Positions 53,778-64,000 of a DNA stretch of 64,000 nt are shown in pieces (position 1 is the stretch's first letter; each line of letters opens with the position of its first letter). The notes under the pieces are model-generated. The model was given only the letters and a program-made list of their open reading frames with translations, was not told the DNA's origin and did no database searches. A program made the translations under genes and the position numbers. Source of the stretch: Phaeosaccion multiseriatum. Taxonomy: Eukaryota > Protista > Ochrophyta, other classes. The stretch spans positions 930,001 through 994,000 of the forward strand of contig OZ218953.1 of NCBI GenBank assembly GCA_965112735.1. Reading direction: 5' to 3'.

Positions 53778-56700
53778 ATGCCGTCCGCCGCCGAGTCAGA
53801 GACGGTGGAAGAGACTGTGGCCAAGTTCAATGCCACCTTCGAGGACAAGGTGGTGCGGCTCGTGGAGGAGAGGGGGGGCGCCCTTCAGTCGGCCCTCTCC
53901 GTGTCGCTCACCGCGCAAGGAGAGTGCGTGCGAGACCCTCCGCGCCTACTCACGCAAGAGGTTGGCGGGCAGGAGGAGATTGCGGCCGCCGTGAGTAGTC
54001 TGCTGTACTGGCTTCCGATCAAGCTGCCGGCCTTGGAGGCCGCTCGTGTGGCGCTTCGCTACGGCGCGCAACTGGAAGAGCGCGCAGAGCTCACATGTGC
54101 ACGCGAGTGCTTCTATCGCTTCGCCAAGAACACGGCTCACGCTGTGCGGCAGCAGGAGCAGGCTGCCGCTAGCGGTGGGGGGGGGGGTGCAAAGAAGAAG
54201 AGAAAGGCAGCAAGAGGAGGGGCAACAGCAGCAACGGGCGGGGAGGCAGCCATCGATGATGCCTTGTGCATTGAGGTGCAGGCTGAGCTTGGTGAAGCCG
54301 CAACCCTCATGCGCCAAGCCCTGGCGAAGGACCCGCACGTCCGTCAGCCTCTGACCTTGCACCGCTTGCTGAGTTGTTTGCGCATGGAGCAAAGCGCGCT
54401 GCAGCAGCTCCTGGACAGGCGTCGAGAGTCCGGAAGTGACGCATGTGAGCGTCGCATCGCGTGGCTGCTGCTGAGGGGGACGACGCTGGTGTACGAGGGA
54501 GCGGAACCCCTCAGCGCCATGGGCTTTGGTGCTTCTGTGGTGGAGTTTCTGGTGTACGCCTTGCTCTCCATGCAAGCCTTTGTCCACCTCAGCACCGTGC
54601 AGCACCTGCCCTGGAGGATGAAGCTCACCTGCGCCATCGCCTACTGCTACGAGGCCTGTCAGCAAGTGCCCAACGCGGTTCGGAGCATACAGCACGCCAG
54701 AGACAAGGTCGCCGAGTTGCGTGCCCAAGAGGAGATGGACCCTCCGCTGACCCCAGTCATCGAGGCCTCTCTGACAGCCGCGGAGGAGGATCTTCGCGTC
54801 CTAACCTTCAAGTACGCTTTCCTCTCCAAGTGGGGCGGAGGGGCAGAGTCCCATGGGGGGCTGGGGGCGGGCATGGCAGTGGATGGCACGGAGCGGAAGC
54901 CGCTTCAGTCTCGCAAGAGTGAGGTCCCGAGCGAGGACACAGGAGGGACAGGGGAAGTGACGACCAAGGAAGTGGAAGACATGTTGAGAGAGATGCTACC
55001 CAATGGGCAGAGCTGGGCACGCGCCCTGCTCGAGCTGCTCAGCAGCCCCCTTTCGTCCGAGGACAGGTCCTCATCCTCAGCGATGGGGAGTCCAAGACTG
55101 GGGGAAGCTGCTGCCAAGGCTATAGCTGACACTGTCGTCAACATCTTGCGACCGCCCAAGAAAAAGAGGGACCGCGAAGTGGCGGCAGCAGCAGCGGCGG
55201 CGGCAGAAGCTGAAGCCGCAGCCGCAGCAGCCGCGGGGAAGAAGGGTGGCAAAGGAGGCGTGAGCAAAGCTGCGGTGCAACAGCAACAAGAGGAAGAGGA
55301 AGAGGAAGATGAGGAGGACGAAGAGGAGGAGGAACAACTCGTGAAGGAGGGCCACCCCCTCACCGCCACCATGCAGGTGATGGTAACGTCGTCTTTATCC
55401 TGCCTCGGGTGTCCCTTTGTTACGTCGCCTTGTAGCTCGGCCCCACGTGTTGGTGATACAACCTCCCGTTAACGTCACCTTGTCCCTTGGTTTGTTGAGC
55501 ATACATGTTTTGTTAACGTCGTCTTGTCCCGTTAAACCATGCCCTGCCCGCAGGTAATGCTCATGCGCGAGCTTGACCGTCACGGACAAGTGGAGGCCAA
55601 CCACGCGCTGGAGCCGCAGACCAGGGCCCTTCTGGACCTCACAGATGACATGAGTGGAAAGGACTATGACCTCTACTTGCTGGAGCTGCTTATGTTCAGC
55701 AAGCGAAGGCTCCTGAGGGATTGGGAGAATGTTGTTGTCCCGAAGAAGCCGAAACAGGAGCAGCCGGAGCAGTTGGTGATACAGCAGAGAGGCAGGCGAG
55801 GCAGCGGTAGTGGCAGCGGTGGCGGTAGCAATAGTAGCAGTCCTGAGAGAGGAGGGTCTCTGTCGAAGGAGCAGGGGGAAGGGCGGGCAGCGAGGAGGAA
55901 TGTGCTGGAGAGGAGGAAGTCCAGGCTGCCTAAGCTTATGCCGTTGAAGGACATCAAGGAGGCAGATGACCAACAGGTGAAGGAGGGAGGGGAGGGGAGG
56001 GGAGGGAAGGGAAGGGGAGAAGTGGGGCCTGACACAGCCTTGCCGGTGAAGGCTGCTTGCTTACCTGCCTCGCCTGCCTCTCTGCTGTATCACCAACTGC
56101 TCCGGACATCGCTTGCGTGCCTCATCTCATGGGGTTTCAACATGGAACACAGCAACTTCACTTGCAAGGGCACTCAACACCCCCCCTGGGGGGGGGGACA
56201 AGGCACCCATTCCGTCCCCTCTTCTCCTCCCACCACCCACCCATCCGCGCAGGGCCTCTCCCCTCTTGTAGTAACACACGCTCGAAGACATCTAACCTGC
56301 CCCCCTTTGTGTTGCTTGTTTTGTTTCTTTTCGGACCTCTCTTCCCCTCTCCTCCCCTCCCCTCCCCTCCCCTCTCCTCTCCTCCCCTCCCCTCCCCTCC
56401 CCTCCCCTCCCCTCCCCTCCCCTCCCCTCCCCTCTCCTCTCCTCCCCTCCACTCTCCTCTCCTCTCATCCCCTCCCCTCTCCTCTCCTCTCCTCTCCTCT
56501 CCTCTCCTCTCCCCTCCTCTCCCCTCCCCTCCCCTCTCCCAATGACTTAATAATCAGATGCGGCCAGAGATAATGCAGCTTCGTTTGGGCTTCGGAGGCA
56601 AGCTGCGCCGCCCCGTGCTGCTCAACCATCTTCACAGGCTGGCGACGCTTATCCGACAGTGTGTGTTCGGATCGCTCCAACGCGTCAAGGCCCTGCGTCC

Positions 56701-57063
56701 TGATGTGCTCAACGCCGCTGCTTTGGACATGTGGGATCCTTACCTTGTGCAAGTGCTAGATACTATGGACAATATGCCGGCGGAGGTACGAGATGCACGA
56801 GGGAGGAGGGAGAGAGGACACGTCGGTGTGCTTCGCTCCGTTGTGGAGGTCTCAGAGACACAAGCACTCCCTCTCTCTCGCGCGCGCTCTCTCTCTCACA
56901 CACACACACACGTACACACACTCTGTCTCACACGTACACCCACGCACCCACCCACCCACACACGCACCACCCCTTAACACCCCCCCTTTTCATCCCCCCC
57001 CCCCCCCACCACACACACACACACACACACGCAAACACACACACACACGCACACACACATATA

Positions 57064-57103
<40 letters not shown>

Positions 57104-57295
57104 TACACCCCCCCACCCACCCACACACACGCACACACACATATACACCCATCCACACACACACACACACACGCACACACACACACATACACACGCACAC
57201 ACACATATACACCCACCCCCCCCCCCCCACACACACACGCACACACACACACACATACACACGCACACACACATACACCCACCCACCCACCCACC

Positions 57296-57334
<39 letters not shown>

Positions 57335-58786
57335 ACACACACACACACACACTCACACACACACTCACACACACCTCAGGAGCCGATGGACTCGGGCGTG
57401 CAAGCAACTGTGCTTGAGTGCGTGGAAGCTGTGCACTTCGCTCTGTGGGCGGGGGACAGCGACGACATTGCACTGAGAGCAACAGTGGGCCTACGTCTGG
57501 CCATACTGCTCGCTGACTTCAAAGGTACGGAGGGTTGGGGTGGCGGTGGGTGGGGGGCACGATCGGGGACTCAGGCTGGGCTGTCGGTGTTGTAGAGGTC
57601 ACGGTGGTGTGGGCGGACTCAGTTGGGCGGACTTCTAGCCGACTTGAAACGTCGAGGGGGTGGGGGTGGGGATGGGTGAAACGCTTACCTGTTAATAGAT
57701 GAGGTGGAAACTGTGGAGATGAGCAAGCGATAACCGCGCCACCCCCGCGAGTGGGGGGTGGGGCCGCACAATCAAGCAGCCATCCGGCCAACCAACGAAC
57801 CAACCTCACCAACCAAACAACCAACCACAGCAGCTACACCGCCCAGCTAAGTATTCCTCCCTCCCTCCTTCCTTCCTTCCTTCCTTCCTTCCTTCCTTCC
57901 TTCCTTCCTTCCTTCCTTCCTTCCTTCCTTCCTTCCTTCCTTCCTTCCTTCCTTCCTTCCTTCCTTCCTTCCTTCCTTCCTTCCTTCCTTCCTTCCTTCC
58001 TTCCTTCCTTCCTTCCTTCCTTCCTTCCTTCCTTCCTTCCTTCCTTCCTTCCTTCCTTCCTTCCTTCCTTCCTTCCTTCCTTCCTTCCTTCCTTCCTTCC
58101 TTCCTTCCTTCCTTCCTTCCTTCCTTCCTTCCTTCCTTCCTTCCTTCCTTCCTTCCTTCCTTTCTTCCTTCCTTCCTTCCTTCCTTCCTTCCTTCCTTCC
58201 CTCCTCCTTCCCTCCTCCCTCCCTCCCTCCCTCCCTCCCGCCCTCTCTCCCTCCCTCCCTCCCCCCCAACCACACCAACCCACCTCCCACACCAACCAAC
58301 CAACCAATATCAGTGGATCGACGCAAGTCAGTGGCAGTGCTGAGGAGCAGCCTGGCCGCTGTGGAAGAGGCTCGCAGCTCTCTCACCTCCCCTCTGACCT
58401 TCTCCCTTCGAGACGGGGCGGACAGATCAGCCCTCTCCCAGAGCTCCATCACTACGCGTGTCAGTCAACACACCTTCGATGCCTCCTGCCCCGGGGGTGC
58501 CGGCCAGAGTCAGGGACAGGGTGAGGGCCTTAGGCCTGGGGCAGGAGCTGGGCCAAAGGTGACGGGTGGTGGTGTATTCGGTAGCGCTTCTCTTGCCGAT
58601 CCCCTCCTTCAGCACTTGGCGGCTCTGCAGACAGATTTGCAGTGCACTCTATACAGAGTGGAGCTGGAGATGGGGCGCCAACTCATGAGGCAGCAGGAGG
58701 CGCACAAGAAGCGACTGATACATCAGAAGAAGCACAGGACACAGAGCCCGGCGGCGGCGGGTGGTAAGGGGAGTAGGGATGCCACG

Positions 58787-58817
<31 letters not shown>

Positions 58818-61769
58818 GAGGAGGAGGAGAAGGGGGACAAGAGGGGAGTAGTGGGTTGTTGAAGGGCAGCACCAATGTGCAGTTCGGAGTGGGGGGTGGA
58901 CTCGGTCAGTCTGGGGCGGGAGTGCTTCGTCTTGACGAGGACATGGGTGGGACGGCGAGGCCCATCGGAGGAGGAGGAGGGGGGGGGGGAGGAGGAGAGG
59001 AGGAGGTGGCGACGCCTGGAGGAGGTAGAGCTCCACCCAAGTCCGCTTCGGTAGTGGCGGGCACGAACGCTCTCCTCACGGTGGCGGGGGGCACCACGCT
59101 CATCGACAGGCCTGCCTCGGAGGACGTACAGCAGTTGGTGGTACAGCAGCAGTCGCAGCGGCAGCACTCGTGTGGCAGTACGGAGTCTCGCCTCGTGCGA
59201 GAGGTGAAGCGCAACCCATATTCCAAAGCGCTGCTGTTGTGTGCCATGGCCAAGCTCCGAGCCGACAAAGCCTCGAGTTACGCCCTCCTCAGAGACGCGA
59301 GGGATGCCTTACTTGTGGCGGAGGAGCAGGAGAGGGTTTTGCTCGACCACTCAGCTCGTTGCTCGGCCCCGTGCGACGGGGAGGAGGAGGGAGGAGGAGG
59401 AGGAGGAGGAGGAGGAGGAGGAGGAGGAGGCAGTGTGAGCAGCGGTGTGAGCGTTGGTGGTAGCGGCGACGGCGGGGCGGACGTCGCTTCCCCTTCCCGA
59501 CCTCGGCCTTCCACAGGGCCTCCTGGGGCGCCCATTCTCTTTACGCGGAGCCACAGCGCCATCACCGTCCAGCCCGTGCCCTTTCTCGCTGCCCCGCGGC
59601 CAGACAGAGGAGGGGACAAGGGGGGCAACAACACCACCACTACCACCACCAACAACAACAACAGCAATAGTAATAGTAGCAGCAGTAGCGTGAACCAGCC
59701 CCCCGCCACAAGTGGTGGAGGCATGGCGACGGCGACGGTGGCGGACAAGGTGTGTGTGTACGCCAAGCCTGCAGGCGCCGGAACCAGCGTCAGCCTCAAC
59801 GCCACTGACTTTCCCGGCACGGGCATTCCCATCCCCTATGATCCCGTGACGGGGCGGTGTGGAGTCGCCACTGTGCATAACTTGCCTCCAAATGACGACT
59901 ATGTATTCGCGGTGGCGGCCTTCGACGCCGAGGGAAAGGTGCTGGGGGGGGGCATTGGTCTCACCTCAGAGGTCCCGGTGCTTGCCGCTTGCCCGCTGCC
60001 TCTGCCGTTGTGCTGGGCCTACCTCGCCAGGACGGCACTCGGATTGGGCTGCTTGAAGGTGGCGGAGGAGGCGGCAGGGGAAGTCTACAAGGAGATGGTG
60101 AGTGAGGGAGTGAGACTGAGTGAGTGAGGGAGTGAGTGAGTGAGTGAGTGAGTGAGTGAGTGAGTGAGTGAGTGAGGGAGTGAGTGAGTGAGTGAGTGAG
60201 CGAGTAGGTGGGTGGGTTGGGAGGGTGGGTGGGCTGGTGGGCTGGTGGGCTGGGGGGCTGGGGGGTGGGTGAATGGGTAAGTGGGTGGTGAGTGAGTGAG
60301 TAATTGAGTGAGTGAGTAATTGAGTGAGTGAGTGAGTGAGTGAGTAAGTGAGTGAGTGAGTGAGTGAGTAAGTGAGTGAGTGAGTGAGTGAGTGAGTGAG
60401 TGAGTGAGTGAGTGAGTGAGTAGGTGGGTGGGTTGGGAGGGTGGGTGGGCTGGTGGGCTGGTGGGCTGGTGGGTGGGTGAATGGGTACGTGGGTGGTGAG
60501 TGAGTGAGTAATTGAGTGAGTGAGTGAGTGAGTGAGTAAGTGAGTGAGTGAGTGAGTGAGTAAGTGAGTGAGTGAGTGAGTGAGTGTGTGAGTGAGTGAG
60601 TAGGTGGGTGAGTTGGGAGGGTGGGTGGGCTGGTGGGCTGGTGGGCTGTGGGGTGGGTGAATGGGTAATGGGTGAGTGAGTGAGTGGGTGAGTTAGTGAG
60701 TGAGTGAGAGATCGAGTGAGTGGGTGACTGAATGAGTAAGTGGGTGAGTGAGTGGGTGGGTGAGAGGATGAGTGGGTGAGTGAGTGAGTGAGTGAGTGAG
60801 TGAGTAGGTGGGTGGGTTGGGAGGGTGGGTGGGCTGGTGGGCTGGTGGGCTGTGGGGTGGGTGAATGGGTAATGGGTGAGTGAGTGAGTGGGTGAGTGAG
60901 TGAGTGAGTGAGAGATCGAGTGAGTGGGTGACCGAATGAGTAAGTGGGTGAGTGAGTGGGTGGGTGAGAGGATGAGTGGGTGAATGAGTGGGTGAGTGAG
61001 TGAGTGAGTGAGTGAGTGAGTGAGTGAGTGAGTGGGTGAGTGGATGAGTGAGGGAGTGCGTGGGTGAATCAGTCAGTGTGTGGGCGGGTGAGTGGGTGAG
61101 TAGGTGTGAGGGGGTATGTGGTTGGTTGGTCGGGTGGACGGCTAAGTGAGTGAGTGAGTCTCTCCGCCCACCCTCCCTCCACCCCACCCAATCCACCCAC
61201 CCAACCTAACTCACCCAGCCTACCCCACCCTCTATCCTGACACCCCCCCGTCCTCTTGTCCTGACACCTCCTGCCCCGTATATTATACACATAATGTATT
61301 GTACCCACGCACACACCCGCATCAGGTCTCCACCTCCCGCCAAGCTCTCGAAACGGACCTCTCTCTAGGCTGGCAGAGTAACCCTGTGCACGCCCACTGC
61401 CTGAGGGCCTCCCTCATTGACAGAGCATCTCCAGCGGTGCTGCAGGCCTTTGTGCAAGCGGCCTTTGTGCTGGTGGACACTGTGGACCATCCGGCCATTG
61501 AGGAGGACATTAGAGGACGACGACGACGACGAGGAGGAGGAGGAGGGGCGAGAGAAGGGGGAGGAGAACCAGGAGGTAGTAGGCTGCCCCGAGATACCCA
61601 GGTGCGGCGGCTCCTATGCCTGAAACGGGTGGTGCTGGCGGTGGAGGTATGTGCTCTCCTGCAGGACTGGGACATGCTTCAGCAAGGGGTGTGGAGGGCC
61701 TTCCACTACCTTCTACCTCTCCTCAGCCTGCCCAGCGGAGTCGCCAAGTATGTCTTCCAGGTAGGTGTG

Positions 61770-61801
<32 letters not shown>

Positions 61802-61968
61802 CGTGTGTGTGCGTGTGTGTGTGTGAATGTGTGAACTTCCCATAGCTATATATTAAAGTTGCGTAACCCTCCCTATGTCCCTCCCCACTCCTCTCCTCCT
61901 TGCCCCTCTATTTTTGTCCCTTGGTGTCCTATCCACTGCCATCCTCTCCCACTCCGGTCATTTCGGTG

Positions 61969-61999
<31 letters not shown>

Positions 62000-64000
62000 G
62001 CACAAATACACCCACACCCACATACACACATACACACCCACTCACCCACCCACACACCCACACACACCCATACACATGCCCCACCCCCACACACCCATTC
62101 ATAACAAACTAAACAAACCAACTTACCTAACTACCCACCTATCCACTCAACAGGTGTGCTGCACACTGCATCAAGCTCTCGCCATCACTCCCCGCGAGCG
62201 CTTCGATGAAAGCTCCAAGCGAGTCTACGCCACTCTCGCCTACGTCATTACAAGGCAAGGCATCTCTCTGCGAGAGGTCCAGGCAGCAAGGAGGGCAGTC
62301 TTGGGAGAGGCGGCGAGAGCGGTGGGGCAGAGTCAGATCACAGCGGGCGACGACGATGTGGAGGAGCAACTCGCAACGTTGCGTCTCTGGCGGCAGATCC
62401 CCGCCTTTCACTGCCATCCTTCTGCGCCGGATGGCAGTGGAAGTGCACGTGGTGCTGATGGTGATGAGGATTGTGCGTTGCTGCAGGCCTTGGCCATGAC
62501 CGGGGGAAGTAGAGCAGTTGGTGCTGCGGCAGGAGGGGCAGGAGGCCAAGCCAAGGGGGAGGAGGAGGAGGAGGAGGAGGAGGAGGAGAATGGCAATGGT
62601 CATCATGTGGACGAAGTGGACATGGTTCTCACACTTGGCGGCATGGCGAGCTCCAACCCTCTTGAAGCTTGGGCTACACTCACCAGCAGCGAGCACCAGT
62701 GGCGCCATGCTCCTTCCTTCCCTCGGTGGGTGTGTAGCGTTGCAAGGGCCGCCCTTGTGCATGAGGAAGTGGATTCAGAGGAGGTGTTACGTTGGCTGAA
62801 TTGGGTACCCGCGAGGTCAGTGGAAGGGGCCCAAGAAGGAGTAGCAGGAGCAGGAGGAGGAGGAGAGGGTGGAGGGGGGGGTGAGACGTCTGCACATGCT
62901 GTGGTGCTATACCAGGTGTCGAGCTTAGGACCTTTGGTGTGCTTCGTGTTGCAGCGACAGGGGGCGCTGGGGGGCGGGGGGAGAGGGGGAGAGAAGGGGG
63001 GAGGGGTGGAGGGACTGTCCTATCTTCGACTTCCCTCCTCGAAGCAAGAGAATGGAGCCGGGGGTGGCGACACAGATGGCGACACAGATGAGGAGGAAGG
63101 GGAGGGAGAGGGGGAGGGAGGAGGGGATGGCAATGGACCAGGGTTGCCAGCCTTGTGGCCTTCTCCCGGGGGGGGCATATCTCCCGGGGGGGAGGAGACG
63201 GAACAGCTGCTGTGCTTAGCGGAGGTGGAGCTGATCATTGCCACAGCCAAGACCAGAAAGGCGCTCGCTCTGGCATCACAGATGGCGGAGGCGAGCAAGG
63301 CGAGGAAGGCGCAGCAGTTGGTGATACAACAACAACAGCAACATCAGCAGCAGCGGCAGCGGCAGCAGTCTGGTGCTGCCAACATATGGAGGCCTTGTGG
63401 CTTCACGGGACCCCACGCTGATCTTACAACGGTACTGGACGAGGCGGGAGAGGCGTATCAGGAGGAGGAGGCGGAGAACGATTTTGATGACTTGGACGAA
63501 GAGGCCTATCTACAGACCATAGACGACACTGGCTTGGACTGGCCAAGGCCTCTTACTGTAACACAAGAGGAGGAGGAGGAGAAGGAGGAGGAGGAGGAGG
63601 AGGAGGAGGAAGAAGAAGAGGAAGGAGGGGGAGAGGAAAGCGAGGGGAGGGAGGGCGGGCAGAACGGCCAACGAGAAGGAGAAGTAACCGAGCTGTGCCG
63701 GCTTGTGGAGGACTCATTCCAACACTTGGCTTGGGCGGCGGACCGGGCCAAGGCGGCAGGAGCATGGAGGATGGCACTGGATGCGTGTGGGGCGCTGTGG
63801 AATCTTGTAACGGCTCTGTGGCTCTCTCCGCAGCACTTTGGCGACCACGGTAAGGGAGCGGAGAACCAACGCATCAACCACGTATCAAGAGCGTCCGCCT
63901 TCGACTCCTCCTCTTCCTCCGGAGGGGGAGGGGGAGGGGGAGGGGGAGGGGAGGGGGAGGAGGACGGGGAAGGGACGGGTCCTTTCCGAGCCGGCGTGTT
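53778..64000 (+). CDS. CFAP54: Cilia- and flagella-associated protein 54-like, 3'-partial
   Basis: Exons ~53778-55376, 55554-55976, 56558-56848, 57380-57524, 58314-60097, 61326-61760, 62154-end. [11 protein letters not shown]...[11 protein letters not shown]...[16 protein letters not shown] and [12 protein letters not shown]...[29 protein letters not shown] match recalled CFAP54 blocks. Confidence 0.8.
57860..58262. repeat. (TTCC)n microsatellite, >300 bp
   Basis: Visible. Confidence 0.97.
60098..61160. repeat. (GAGT/GGGT)n compound satellite with higher-order blocks filling a CFAP54 intron
   Basis: Visible; unit is the donor consensus GTGAGT. Confidence 0.92.

Overview
Gene-dense, intron-rich, GC-rich eukaryotic nuclear DNA, most likely a flagellated ochrophyte (heterokont alga). 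The taxon is inferred from a signal-peptide+Phe plastid presequence on an RCCR-like gene and from CFAP54. Twelve protein genes were reconstructed by hand with GT-AG introns: RCCR-like, F-box-like/FNIP, PPR-SMR #1, ABCC transporter, membrane-anchored GH1, VPS26C, DUF4050, PPR-SMR #2, GT31, a small Cys/His ORF, cyclin L and a partial CFAP54. Ten of them form five head-to-head pairs; the two unpaired genes are the intronless PPR-SMRs, each with TIR elements upstream. Main unexplained signals: (1) a dispersed, orientation-independent 12-mer TGTATCACCAAC (18 exact copies counted by eye) near splice sites and inside exons, plus other recurring words; (2) a PPR-SMR nuclease built from near-identical 105-bp repeats that vary at the RNA-recognition code residues, next to a similarly modular FNIP gene; (3) a MITE family with TC..GA ends, two members with 6-bp TSDs; (4) local duplications anchored on stop codons and splice sites; (5) complementary microsatellites at opposite ends of introns. 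Exon coordinates are manual and may be off by a few bases; all family assignments are motif recognition, not database searches.
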